Shown: in pieces, positions 17,692 through 31,134 of the stretch
How positions within the stretch are numbered: position 1 is the stretch's first letter
Layout of the letters: each line of letters begins with the position of its first letter
DNA from: Myxococcota bacterium
GTDB lineage: Bacteria; Myxococcota_A; UBA796; CAJQPC01
Reading direction: 5' to 3'
DNA: 64,000 bases
Assembly (NCBI GenBank): GCA_036012755.1
Contig: DASCPX010000149.1
Location: 1 to 64,000 of the forward strand
The notes under the pieces: model-generated
The model's input: only the letters and a program-made list of their open reading frames with translations
Told to the model about the DNA's origin: nothing
Databases searched by the model: none
Made by a program: the position numbers and the translations under genes

Positions 17692-18222
17692 TCAGAACCA
17701 CCCGCCGACCGTCGAGCCCAAGCCCACCGACAGCGACTGCGAGAACCCCTCCTCGCCGCTCCTCGACGACACGACGACCCTCCCGAACGGTCCGATGCCC
17801 AGGTAGTAGTTGTCGAAGTGGAACAAGAAGGGGGCGCGGAGCCCGAGCTTCAGCCAGCGGTTGGCCGGGAGGGACTCGCCACCGACGACGGCCAGCGATC
17901 CCCCGATGGCGGGGCGCAGCTGCGGGAAGAAGCTCGCCCGACGGCCCAGCCGGACGTCGTAGCCGATGGTCGGTCCGATCCCGAGGCTGGCCTCCGCGTA
18001 CGAGGTCTCGCCCAGCTGCAGATACAGCGCGGTGTCGAGGTCGGCCCCGATCCCGAGTCCGCGGACCACGAAGACCACCACGGTCGGAGACACGTTCGTG
18101 AACCAGTAGCTCTCGAGCGGCGCGACCCGGGTGCCCAGGTCCCCGCCGAGGGCGACGACGCCCTGGTCGCCGAAGCGCTCTGGCTCGGCGTTGGCGATGG
18201 ACAGCAGGAGCAAGAGCTGCAT
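17692..18222 (-). CDS. Putative small outer-membrane beta-barrel protein
   Basis: Signal peptide, alternating beta-strands, C-terminal GGWF. Confidence 0.65.
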   Translation of the reverse strand: MQLLLLLSIANAEPERFGDQGVVALGGDLGTRVAPLESYWFTNVSPTVVVFVVRGLGIGADLDTALYLQLGETSYAEASLGIGPTIGYDVRLGRRASFFPQLRPAIGGSLAVVGGESLPANRWLKLGLRAPFLFHFDNYYLGIGPFGRVVVSSRSGEEGFSQSLSVGLGSTVGGWF

Positions 18223-18286
18223 GGGACCTCCGGGACCATGCTACACCCGGTGCGGGTGACGTACCCTCCCGGCGGAGCAGCACACC

Positions 18287-21828
<3,542 letters not shown>

Positions 21829-21829
<1 letters not shown>

Positions 21830-22827
21830 TGGACCTGAGCACGGACTACATGGGCTGGGAGCTGGCCAACCCCTTCGTCGTCGGGGCCTCGCCCATCTCC
21901 GACGACATCGACCTGGTGCGCCGTTTCGAGGACGCCGGCGCCTCGGCCATCGTCATGCACTCGCTGTTCACCGAGCAGCTCACCCGCGAGCAGATGGCCG
22001 CCCACCGGCACATCGACTGCCTCGCGGACTGCCACGCAGAGGCACTGAGCTACTTCCCCGATGCAGAAGACTACGCTCTGGGGCCGGACGAATACCTCGA
22101 GCAGCTCGCCCGGCTGAAGGCCAGGGTCTCGATGCCGGTCATCGGCTCGCTCAACGGGGTCATGGCCGGGGACTGGACCCGCTGGGCGGGGCTGATCGAG
22201 GAGGCCGGCGCGGACGGCCTGGAGCTGAACATCTACTACCTCCCGCTTGACGGCGACGAGCCCCCCGACGCAGTCGAACGGCGCTTCCTGGACGTGCTGG
22301 CCTCGGTAAAGGGGCAATGCGAGCTCCCGGTGGCGGTGAAGATCAACTCCTTCTTCTCGTCGCCGGTGCACATGGCCCGGCGGCTGGAGGCAGGGGGCGC
22401 GGACAGCCTCGTGCTCTTCAACCGCATCTTCCACCCCGACATCGACATCGACGAGCTCGACGTGCTCCCGGCCACACCCGGGGCCCAACCGTCGCTGCTG
22501 AAGATCCGCCTGTTGTGGCTGGCGGCGATGTTCGGCCGCGTGGAGATGCCCCTGGCCGCCAGCGGCGGCGTCGCCAGCGTCGAGGACGTGATCAAGGCCG
22601 TGATGGCAGGGGCCAGCGTGGTCCAGATGGCCTCTGCGCTGATCGCCGGTGGACCCGAACACCTCGGGGCCGTCCGCGAGGGCCTGGAGGCCTGGCTGGT
22701 GGAGCGACAGTACGACTCCCTGCGCCAGATGCGCGGCAGCATGAGCCTCCTGCGCTGCCCCGACCCGGAGGGCTACGAGCGCGCGAACTACATCGAGACC
22801 CTTCGGCGCTGGGGTGGGCGGCGCTGA
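21829..22827 (+). CDS. Dihydroorotate dehydrogenase-like protein
   Basis: MDLSTDYMG..L.NPFVVGASP, PVIGSLNG, LELNIY, LFNR, YERANY; TGATG coupling to nifJ. Confidence 0.9.
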
Positions 22828-22839
22828 GGCGGCTCCGAG

Positions 22840-24609
22840 CTACTCCAGGTACCCCAGCGCCTCGAGCCGCATGCGCTCAGCCTCGCTGAGCTCCACCGCC
22901 GAGCGCCCGGCGTCCCCCTCCAACAGCGGGCGGATCAGCTCCACCAGCGGCGCCGTGTCGACATCCGCTGAGAAGTCGAAGGCACCCACCGCGGTGAAGC
23001 CAGGCCCCTCCGGCGCGAGGTAGAGCGCGTCGTCGAAGCCCGGTGCCTCGCGACGGACGAAGAGGCTGCTGTCGCTCCGCAGGCCCGCCATGCGGAAGGT
23101 GGGTCTCTGGGTGGGGTCATCTGCTCGCGCGGCGAGGTTGGCCTCTCGGTCGTAGCAGAGGCTGCGGGCCAAGCTGCGGCCCTCTGTGACCAGGCTGTGT
23201 CCGTCGAGCCCCTCCGGCGAGGAGACGCCTGCCAGATCGAGCAGGGTCGGCCCCAGGTCGTTCAGCTCGACGAGGTCCTCGCGCACACCGGTCTCCAACC
23301 CCTCAGCGCGGATGACGAGGGGCACCCGCAGGTTGTGGTCGTAGACATCGTCGCCGTGGTCGAACCAGACGCCGTTCTCGCCGAAGGACTCTCCGTGGTC
23401 ACCCACGACGGCGACGATGGTGTCCTCGCCGACAGCCTCGAGCAGGCGCCCGAGCTGGTGATCGGCGAAGGCGATCTCCCCGTCGTAGGCCGCGAGCACG
23501 TAGCCGAGTTCGGTGATCCCGGAGAGCGACTCGCGCAGGTAGGGGGCGACCTCGTCCCGATCCACCAGGTCCATGGAGCTGTGCTCCGAGGAGCGCGGGT
23601 CCCCCTCGTAGACGAGCCAGCCCTCCGGGGGCTCGTAGGGGCCGTGGGGATCGAAGAGGTGGACCCACAAAAGGTAGGGATCCTCTCGCTGATCGAGCCA
23701 GTCGACCGCGAGATCGACCGTCCGATCTCCCCTCCGCTCGAGCACGGTGTCGGGGGCGAAGCGCCTCCTGGCCGCGGCGAGCAGCCGAAGGGGCAGCAAG
23801 TCGCTGGAGCCGTGCCAGCCGGCGAAGTCGTCGTCGTAGGTCCCGAAGCCCCTGGCGAAGCCCTTGTCGCCTTCGAGCACGTAGGCGCTGACGAAGGCGG
23901 CGGTGTCATAGCCCTGCTCGGAGAGGACCTCTGCGAGGAGCTGCTCATCCTCTGGCAGGGGCACCCCGTTGAGCAGGGTCTCGTGACTCCAGGTGCCCCG
24001 ACCACCCAGGATCGTCGCGTGGCTCGGGCCGGTCACGGCGATGTTGGCGAAGGCTGCGTCGAAGCGGGTCCCCTCGGCCGCCAGGCCATCGATGACCGGA
24101 GTCCGGGCCTCGGCGTGGCCGTAGCACCCGATGCGGTCTGCGCGTGTGGTGTCGAGGGTGACCAGCAGGATCGAGGGCCCCTCGCCGCCAGCGCCGGAGG
24201 GGCCCGTATCGACCCCGGACAGGGGCACGAGCAGCGCGGCCAGGGTCGCCCAGCGAGCGCGCGGGAGCTTGTGGAAGAGGGCCAACAGCAGACCGAGGCA
24301 GAACCACCCGCCGAGCTGGACCGGGAGGGTCGTCGACCAGTGGGGTTCAGTGAAGGGGGCCGGGTCGGTCGCGCCATGGAGGAACCACTCGAACGCGAGC
24401 ACGACCAGGGACGCCCGGGTCCATCCGCCCATCCGATCCCGGGCGCGAAAACCGAGCGGCGCTGTGAGCACGCCCCCGAGCACCGCCGCGCCCACGAGCA
24501 GGAGCAGGGGCGAGGTCAGCCACAGACGACCACCGAAGACGACGACTCCCGCCTCGACCAGCCCGTAGGCGGCCCCGAAGAGTGCTGCTCCGATGAGCGC
24601 CTGACGCAT
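22840..24609 (-). CDS. Membrane-anchored sulfatase-like hydrolase/transferase (Thr at nucleophile position)
   Basis: N-terminal TMs, LDTTRAD, TGPSH, HLFDPHGPY, GDHGE, LEALGYLE. Confidence 0.85.
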   Translation of the reverse strand: MRQALIGAALFGAAYGLVEAGVVVFGGRLWLTSPLLLLVGAAVLGGVLTAPLGFRARDRMGGWTRASLVVLAFEWFLHGATDPAPFTEPHWSTTLPVQLGGWFCLGLLLALFHKLPRARWATLAALLVPLSGVDTGPSGAGGEGPSILLVTLDTTRADRIGCYGHAEARTPVIDGLAAEGTRFDAAFANIAVTGPSHATILGGRGTWSHETLLNGVPLPEDEQLLAEVLSEQGYDTAAFVSAYVLEGDKGFARGFGTYDDDFAGWHGSSDLLPLRLLAAARRRFAPDTVLERRGDRTVDLAVDWLDQREDPYLLWVHLFDPHGPYEPPEGWLVYEGDPRSSEHSSMDLVDRDEVAPYLRESLSGITELGYVLAAYDGEIAFADHQLGRLLEAVGEDTIVAVVGDHGESFGENGVWFDHGDDVYDHNLRVPLVIRAEGLETGVREDLVELNDLGPTLLDLAGVSSPEGLDGHSLVTEGRSLARSLCYDREANLAARADDPTQRPTFRMAGLRSDSSLFVRREAPGFDDALYLAPEGPGFTAVGAFDFSADVDTAPLVELIRPLLEGDAGRSAVELSEAERMRLEALGYLE

Positions 24610-24731
24610 CGTCTGGGTCTAACTCCGAACCGAAGACCGGGGAGACTGTCAACGCGATGTAAGGAAACACGCTGATCGCGCGTTCACGCGTCGGATTCAT
24701 GCGGATCCACACAGAGAACCAGCTATTTTTG

Positions 24732-24760
24732 TTGCACTCCCTCGACCCCGCAGGCACTAT
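24732..24760 (+). promoter_or_regulatory. Sigma70-like promoter
   Basis: TTGCAC-N17-CACTAT upstream of 24827. Confidence 0.45.
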
Positions 24761-24826
24761 CCGTCGCCGCCTGGCACCCCCCGCCGCCGCCCGAACGGTC
24801 AGCCACGCCCTCTGGGAAGGACGCGA

Positions 24827-26683
24827 ATGAAGACGTCTCGCCTCACCCCTCTGCTCGCCCTCACCACGGTCCTGCTCGCCCCCACCACGGCGTTCGCAAA
24901 GGAAGTGGCGGTGGCTCCCTTCATCGCAAAGGGCGGGCTCGATCCGCTCATCGCGCTCAACATCACCTCCCTGGTGAGCTCCGAGCTCGACTTCAGCTCC
25001 GAGTACGACGGCGCCCTGCAGATCGAGGAGAAGCCCTCCGGGCTGACCGTCGCGTGCCTCTCCCAGAGCGCATGCCTGCGAAAGATCGGGAACGCCTCTG
25101 GGACCGAGCACCTCGTGGCTGGCTCCGTCGCCCCCGCGGGGGACCAATACGACATCTACATGGTCCTCTACAACACCAGCGGCGGCGGCTTCGTGCGCAA
25201 GAAGACGTTCAAGGTGGCGACCACTCCGGAGAAGATGGCCGACTCCATGGGCGGCTTCGTCAAGGAGCTCGTCACGGGCAAGAGCCCTGGCGCGGTCCAG
25301 GCCGAGGCCACCGTCCAGGACGACTTCGACGACTTCGGAGAAGAGGACTACGACGACTTCGTCTTCGACGAGGAGACGAGCGTCAACACCCGCATCGAGC
25401 TCCCCCAGACCTCCACCGCCGACCTCAACGACTTCGAGGAGGAGCCGGACGAGTGGGAGATGGAGCAGCGCCAGCAGGAGGAGGACGCCCGCCGCCGCGC
25501 AGACGACGAGGCCCGCCGCCGCGTAGAGGAGGACGAGCGTCGCCGCATCGACGACGAGGCCCGCCGCCGCGCAGAGGAAGACGAGCGCCGCCGCGCAGAG
25601 GAAGACGAGCGGCGCCGCGCAGAGGAAGACGAGCGCCGCCGGGAAGAGGAGGCTCGTATCCGCGCTGAAGAGGACCGGCGCGCCCGCGAAGCCGCCGAGC
25701 TCGCCCGGGCCGAAGAGGATCGTCGCCAACGCGAGGCCGATGACCGCACCCGACGCGAGGCCGATGACCGTGCCCGCCGCGAGGCAGAGGTCGCCGCGAC
25801 CTCGTACGACGACGAAGAGGACTGGGACGACATCTCCTTCGGAGACGCCACGGACGAGATCGAGGTCGAGATCGACGACATCTCCTTCGGCGACGCCACC
25901 AGCGACATCGTCGCCGACTACGGGGACGACAGCTACGGCGACGACGACTACGGATACCGGGACTACAGCGACTCGAGCTCGAGCTCCACCAAGAGCTACG
26001 ACGACTACGACGACTACGACGACGGCTACTCCCGCTCCAGCCGCACGACGTCCCGCAGCTACGACGACCTCGACGAGCCCGATGTCTACGAAGAGAGCAC
26101 CCGCAGCACCCGCAGCAACTCCAGCTCGAGGGACAGCTCGAGTTCGAGGGCCAGCTCTCGGAGCGGCTCGGACGGCTCCATCCGGACGAACCAGAACAAT
26201 CCGAAGCTAGGCCTGAGCATCCGGGCCGGCTACTCGAAGTTCCAGGTCTTCAACTTCGTGACCTACGGCGGCGAGCTGTCGATCCCGGTCGCGGACGCGG
26301 TCTTCGTGAACGTCGGGCTCGAGGGCTACTCGACCCAGCGCGCGATCCCAGCGGCCCTGCAGGACCAGTACGACGGCGCCACCATGCGCTGGAACCACAT
26401 CATGCCTTTCAACCTGGGCCTGATGTACCAGAACAGCAAGCGCAGCTTCCGCCCCTACATCGGCGGGGACCTGACGCTCACGCCCTACACCGCCAACTTC
26501 AAGACCGCCCCGGGGCTGCGCCTGCGCGCGGGCGCCGACGTGATGATCACGGAGCAGTTCGGGCTCAACGCCAACCTCGGCCTGGGTGCCTGGTACGGGC
26601 GCGACTTCGACACGGTCCAGGTCGACGTCAACGAGGCCGGAGGGACCATTGCCGTGAACGGCGGAACGGTCATCCTCTTCTAG
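24827..26683 (+). CDS. Secreted protein: N-terminal alpha/beta domain, E/R and D/S/Y linker, C-terminal OM beta-barrel
   Basis: Signal peptide, EEDERRRA repeats, OmpW/OmpA-like strands (FRPYIGG), terminal Phe. Confidence 0.8.
   Translation: MKTSRLTPLLALTTVLLAPTTAFAKEVAVAPFIAKGGLDPLIALNITSLVSSELDFSSEYDGALQIEEKPSGLTVACLSQSACLRKIGNASGTEHLVAGSVAPAGDQYDIYMVLYNTSGGGFVRKKTFKVATTPEKMADSMGGFVKELVTGKSPGAVQAEATVQDDFDDFGEEDYDDFVFDEETSVNTRIELPQTSTADLNDFEEEPDEWEMEQRQQEEDARRRADDEARRRVEEDERRRIDDEARRRAEEDERRRAEEDERRRAEEDERRREEEARIRAEEDRRAREAAELARAEEDRRQREADDRTRREADDRARREAEVAATSYDDEEDWDDISFGDATDEIEVEIDDISFGDATSDIVADYGDDSYGDDDYGYRDYSDSSSSSTKSYDDYDDYDDGYSRSSRTTSRSYDDLDEPDVYEESTRSTRSNSSSRDSSSSRASSRSGSDGSIRTNQNNPKLGLSIRAGYSKFQVFNFVTYGGELSIPVADAVFVNVGLEGYSTQRAIPAALQDQYDGATMRWNHIMPFNLGLMYQNSKRSFRPYIGGDLTLTPYTANFKTAPGLRLRAGADVMITEQFGLNANLGLGAWYGRDFDTVQVDVNEAGGTIAVNGGTVILF
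25478..25790 (+). repeat. Coding 24-bp tandem repeats (EEDERRRA)
   Basis: cgccgccgcgcagaggaagacgag units repeated in frame. Confidence 0.85.
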
Positions 26684-26830
26684 TGCCCCTCGGCAGAAGT
26701 CGCGACGCGACTTCCACCGGCGCCTTCGGCGCGCGCCGCGGCGCGGCGCTGGGGCACTCGTTTCCTTCCAGGGGGGCCCTGCCCTCCGGGCCTGCGGCCC
26801 TCCCCCCGGCGGCCCGCTGCGCGTGCCGGC
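26682..26830. repeat. REP-like palindromic intergenic element
   Basis: IR 26682-26689/26751-26758 encloses a GAAGTCGCG/CGCGACTTC palindrome and a GCGCCTTCGGCGC hairpin (26720-26732). Shares motifs with 33940-34091. Confidence 0.6.
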
Positions 26831-26883
26831 GTTCACCCCGTCGCAGCCCCGACTGCGTCGGAACTCGCACCGGAGAGAACTAG

Positions 26884-28911
26884 ATGAGGCGGCGATGGGG
26901 GGTCCTGAACCTGGCCCAGGGCGGGGTCTACGTCGCCTTCGCGCTCTACCACCAGGACCGTTGGCTTGGCGCGACGGCCATCCTGCTCGTCGCCGCCGTG
27001 GCCCAGTGGGTCGCCGGCGGTCTTCTCCTCGCCAGGGGCGACGAGCGCGGACTCAACCCGGGAAACTGGGTCAGCCTGCTCGGCGTGGGGGTGGTCTTCG
27101 GCCTGTACCTGCAGGTCGGCGTGCACATCGCGGAGACCTTCACCCCCGTCGGCGCCAAGACCGGCTACGCGCTGATGGGCGCGGCGGCCGCGGCCCTGCC
27201 GTGGGTGATCTTCTTCCCGATCGCCCAGCTCATCGCTACCTGGCGCAGCAGGGCCGGGCTCGCGGGCGGCGCCTTGCTGCTGGCCGGCATCCTGTTCCCC
27301 CCGGGGATCCACGCCGCAGCTCTGTCTCCCGAGTCGACCTATCCCAGCCACGACGGGGCCCCGGCCGCCCAGTGGCTGCGCGCGAGCTGGCTCGGAGAGG
27401 ACGTCGGGCCCCCGCCGGATGGCCCTGGGCCGGTCGTCGCAGTCGTGACCGTGGTGCACGAGGGCGCGCTGCTCGAGTCTGCGACGACCTCTGGCGACAG
27501 CCTGGCCGATGTCCTCCAGCGCGCCGTGCCGAGCCTGCCTCCGCTCCAGGAAGCGGGGCTCGTCCTCGAGCTCGCCACCGCGGAGGGCCCCCTTCGCCTC
27601 CCCGTCATCGCCCCCAGGGGACCGATTCCGCTGCGTCCGGGCCGAACCGGACTCCGACACGACGAGGGGATCCACTCCACCCTCTCGACCTGGCGAGAGC
27701 CCGCCGTCGCCTACAGCAGGATGCTCGAGGGCCCCAGCGTGCCCGGCGTGAAGCTGAGCGAGCTCGATGGCACGGAGACCGCCTGGGTCGACCTCGACGG
27801 CTGGATGACGAGCGACCACGGCACGGTGACCCTCGAGATGACCTGGGCGGAGGCGCCCGCCCTCGACGCCGAGGCCGCCCTGGAGGCTGCGCTCGCCGGG
27901 GGCCGGCACATCGCCCACAACCAGAACGAAGCGGGCCGGTACGCCTACGTCGTCCGCGGACCCACCGGCATCCACGGCGGGGGCTACAACTACCCTCGAC
28001 ACGCTGGGGCCACCTGGTTCCTCGCGCGCCTGTACGTGCGCACGCAGGATCCGGAGATCGGTGCGGCCGCCGAGCGGGGAATCGCCTACCTGATCGAGCA
28101 CTCCAAGCTCACAGAGGACGGACGAGCCCACATCCACGACCCGGCTCGCAAGGACGGCAAGGCCTGGGTCGGAACCACCGCACTGGCCCTGCTGGCCTTG
28201 ACCGAGATGGGAGTGGAGCCTGAGTGGCAGGACCGCTACGCGCGCTTCGTCGCCTCCGCCGTCGACGAGCGTGGCAGCGTGCGCGGTGACATGACCGTCG
28301 CGACAGGGGAGTGGCCCGTCCAGGACGAGGTCACCTACGCACAAGGCCAGGGCCTCCTCGGCCTGGTCGCGGCCGAGCGAGCGGGCATCGACGTCAGCGA
28401 CGCCCTCGACCGCGCGATCGCGTACGTGGATGGTGGCTACTGGCCGATACCGGCAGCCAACCTCGGCACCCTGGACGAGCACTGGATGTGCCTGGCCTCC
28501 GCCGCCGTAGGCGAGCAGCGGACAGAGGCCGCAGGCGTCGAGGTCTGCACGGCCTACTTGAGGGGCGTCGCCGTGATGGCCCCCGTGCCCGGCTCCGGCA
28601 TCCAGCCCGCATCCGGCCCCGCCGCCGGACTGGCCGAGGCGGTCGTGGCTCGCGCCGAGCTGGACCGGCGAGCCGGAGTGGAGGGCCCCTACCACCAGCG
28701 AAGCCTCGACTATGGCCAGCTGCTGCTCGACACCATCTACCAGGAAGAGGACACCCCGCTGCTCGGACGAAGCGACAACCTGATCGGTGGCTTCCGGGAT
28801 CGGCCCTGGGCGCTCGACGTCCGCGTGGACGCCGTCCAGCACATCGGATGCGCGCTCCTGGGTGTGGAGCAGCTGCTGCGCGAAGAGGTCCTTCCAGGCG
28901 CCATGCCCTGA
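26884..28911 (+). CDS. Membrane protein with C-terminal (alpha/alpha) toroid-like domain, unknown function
   Basis: Several N-terminal TMs; YNYPRHAG, DEHW and RVDAVQH motifs; helical repeats. Confidence 0.7.
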   Translation: MRRRWGVLNLAQGGVYVAFALYHQDRWLGATAILLVAAVAQWVAGGLLLARGDERGLNPGNWVSLLGVGVVFGLYLQVGVHIAETFTPVGAKTGYALMGAAAAALPWVIFFPIAQLIATWRSRAGLAGGALLLAGILFPPGIHAAALSPESTYPSHDGAPAAQWLRASWLGEDVGPPPDGPGPVVAVVTVVHEGALLESATTSGDSLADVLQRAVPSLPPLQEAGLVLELATAEGPLRLPVIAPRGPIPLRPGRTGLRHDEGIHSTLSTWREPAVAYSRMLEGPSVPGVKLSELDGTETAWVDLDGWMTSDHGTVTLEMTWAEAPALDAEAALEAALAGGRHIAHNQNEAGRYAYVVRGPTGIHGGGYNYPRHAGATWFLARLYVRTQDPEIGAAAERGIAYLIEHSKLTEDGRAHIHDPARKDGKAWVGTTALALLALTEMGVEPEWQDRYARFVASAVDERGSVRGDMTVATGEWPVQDEVTYAQGQGLLGLVAAERAGIDVSDALDRAIAYVDGGYWPIPAANLGTLDEHWMCLASAAVGEQRTEAAGVEVCTAYLRGVAVMAPVPGSGIQPASGPAAGLAEAVVARAELDRRAGVEGPYHQRSLDYGQLLLDTIYQEEDTPLLGRSDNLIGGFRDRPWALDVRVDAVQHIGCALLGVEQLLREEVLPGAMP

Positions 28912-28914
28912 GAC

Positions 28915-28931
28915 TGTAGGAATTCCCTACA
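28915..28931. promoter_or_regulatory. Palindromic putative enhancer-binding-protein site
   Basis: TGTAGG-AATTC-CCTACA, about 145 bp upstream of a sigma54 promoter. Confidence 0.5.
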
Positions 28932-29076
28932 CTCCAATTGGGGCATCTTTGTCGCATGCACGCGGATCCCACAGGGACAAGGGCTACCCACGATCGACAG
29001 GCCGCTGATCCCGCTCCAGGGGCGGTTTTCCGCATGAAACCGCGATCCCCGGCGCCCTCAGGGTTGAATGCACCCT

Positions 29077-29092
29077 TGGCACGGCCCTTGCA
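29077..29092 (+). promoter_or_regulatory. Sigma54 -24/-12 promoter
   Basis: TGGCACG-GCCC-TTGCA, an exact consensus with correct spacing. Confidence 0.8.
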
Positions 29093-29145
29093 GTTGCGTA
29101 CACTGCCAGACCTGCCCTGCCACGTTTTCCCTTCGGAGGCCCCCC

Positions 29146-31065
29146 ATGTCCATCCTCTTCGCCCTTGTCGCGTGCAACACGACGACGAATGAATCCATCT
29201 ACGCGGACGACCCCATGGGCCGCATCACCGGCCAGGTCGCGGACCTGGATGGCCAGGGACTCGAGGGTGTCGAGGTCAGCGCAGACGGCTTGACCGCGCT
29301 GACCGGACCGGACGGCTGGTACACCCTCGACGGCGTGTCGCCCGGCCAGAGCGTCGTGAGCTTCGTGTCGCCCGGCTTCGCGAAGAACTACAAGCGCGTC
29401 CAGCTGCTCTCCTGGGAGACCATCTCCGCAGACGCGACCCTTCAGGAGATCGACGGCTTCGACGTCTTCGACGCCAAGATCGGTGGCATCACGCAGGTCG
29501 GGGACGTCCTGGTCGACTTCGGCGCGACGAGCGTCGTGGACACGGACGGCAACTCCTTCGACGGCGCCGTCACGGTCGAGGTCACCTACCTGGACCCCTA
29601 CACCGACGACATCAACTTCGCCCCGGGTGACCTCACGGCCCTGGCGATCTCGGCGGACAGCCTCACGAAGGACGCCAACGAGCCGGCACAGCTGGTCAGC
29701 TACGGAATGGTCGACATCAGCCTGTACGACGAGGACGGCAACCCCCTGAACGTCTCCGAGGACAACCCTGCGGTCGTCGAGATGCCCGTCACCAACGGCG
29801 ACCTGCCGGACGTCTACCGCGTCCAGAACGGCGACCCCCAGGCCACCTGGTCCTTCTCGGCCGAGAAGGGAATGTGGATGGAAGAGGGAGCCGGTGTGGT
29901 CCAGGAGAACGACGACGGCGACCTGGTCTTCACCTTCGAGGCCACCCACTTCAGCTGGTGGAACTGTGACCAGGGCTTCGTCCCCACCTGCGCCTACGGC
30001 AAGGTGACCGATGTCCTCGGCTTCCCGGTCCGGGGAGCGCGGATCGACGCCCAGGGAGGCCAGTCCTCCAGCAGCGTCTACACCGACGATGACGGCAACT
30101 ACGTCGTGAGCGTCATGGTCGGCGACACCGTGAACTTCAAGGGCACGACCGCTGTCGGCGGCAAGAACTGGTCCGCGGACCACACCGTGTACCTCTACGG
30201 CTACGGCAGCAGCTCAGCCGACTGCCAGCCCATCCCCGAGATCGAGATCGAGGTCTGCCGCGAGGCCGGCATCGTGATGACCGACAACCTCGACCTCCAC
30301 GTCAGCGGTGGTGACGTCGGCCAGAACGGCGACCAGCTCCGCGCCTGGTTCTGGGAGCCGCCGGGAGACGTGTGGCGCTGCCAGGACCTCTGGGACAAGA
30401 TCGACGAGGGCGAGTGCCTCGAGTCCAACCCGGCTGACTACCCCCAGATCTGGGGCTACGACAGCAACCTGGACGAGATGACCCGCTCCGCCGGCGAGTG
30501 GCTGGAGTTCCGCACCCCGCGCGACACCTACCACATCGACGAGGAGAGCCTCGACGGCAACCCCGTGTACATGTTCCAGACCATCGAGCTGGTCGAGACA
30601 AAGGGCGTCGAGATCCAGCAGAACGATGTCGACCTGCGAGGCGGTGACGCCATCCGCGGCAACGCTCCCGGCTCGGCGGACGCCTACTTCGGCGCCATCG
30701 AGAACGAGGAGTGGGTGACCATCCCAGAAGAGGTCACGCTCACCAACATCGAAGGTCCGCAGGGCAACGTCGCACGCAGCGGTGGTCTGAACATCCGCTT
30801 CGACGGCAAGAACAACGAAGACGACATGATGGTCTTCATCACGCCGGAGCAGCCCGAGGGCGACGCCATCGAGCAGGGTCTGCTGTGCCGCGAGTCGGAT
30901 GATGGAAGCATCGACATCAGCGGCGGCGACCTCGGCAACGTGGCGCCAGGCTGGGCCAGCGTGAGCATCTACCGTCCCGAGTTCACCTGGACCGTCGGTC
31001 CGGACGGCCTCCCCATCCGCGTCCAGGCGGTCAGCGGTGCGGTCGTCGAGGCGAACCTGCGGTAA
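29146..31065 (+). CDS. Acidic lipoprotein with carboxypeptidase-regulatory-like domains
   Basis: GGAGG SD; lipobox LVAC; G.ITGQV...G.GLEGVEV; HFSWWNCD. Confidence 0.8.
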   Translation: MSILFALVACNTTTNESIYADDPMGRITGQVADLDGQGLEGVEVSADGLTALTGPDGWYTLDGVSPGQSVVSFVSPGFAKNYKRVQLLSWETISADATLQEIDGFDVFDAKIGGITQVGDVLVDFGATSVVDTDGNSFDGAVTVEVTYLDPYTDDINFAPGDLTALAISADSLTKDANEPAQLVSYGMVDISLYDEDGNPLNVSEDNPAVVEMPVTNGDLPDVYRVQNGDPQATWSFSAEKGMWMEEGAGVVQENDDGDLVFTFEATHFSWWNCDQGFVPTCAYGKVTDVLGFPVRGARIDAQGGQSSSSVYTDDDGNYVVSVMVGDTVNFKGTTAVGGKNWSADHTVYLYGYGSSSADCQPIPEIEIEVCREAGIVMTDNLDLHVSGGDVGQNGDQLRAWFWEPPGDVWRCQDLWDKIDEGECLESNPADYPQIWGYDSNLDEMTRSAGEWLEFRTPRDTYHIDEESLDGNPVYMFQTIELVETKGVEIQQNDVDLRGGDAIRGNAPGSADAYFGAIENEEWVTIPEEVTLTNIEGPQGNVARSGGLNIRFDGKNNEDDMMVFITPEQPEGDAIEQGLLCRESDDGSIDISGGDLGNVAPGWASVSIYRPEFTWTVGPDGLPIRVQAVSGAVVEANLR

Positions 31066-31087
31066 CCGTCTCGAAGTCGAGGACACC

Positions 31088-31115
31088 GAAGGGCCGGGTG
31101 ACCACCCGGCCCTTC
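31088..31115. terminator. Hairpin between convergent genes
   Basis: 12-bp perfect stem GAAGGGCCGGGT-gacc-ACCCGGCCCTTC. Confidence 0.7.
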
Positions 31116-31134
31116 CTTCGTCTCGGGCCCGGGT

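Noticed and set aside
25478..25790. 24-bp repeats as a possible CRISPR array
   Set aside because: The repeats are contiguous, in frame and have no unique spacers; no cas genes are present.
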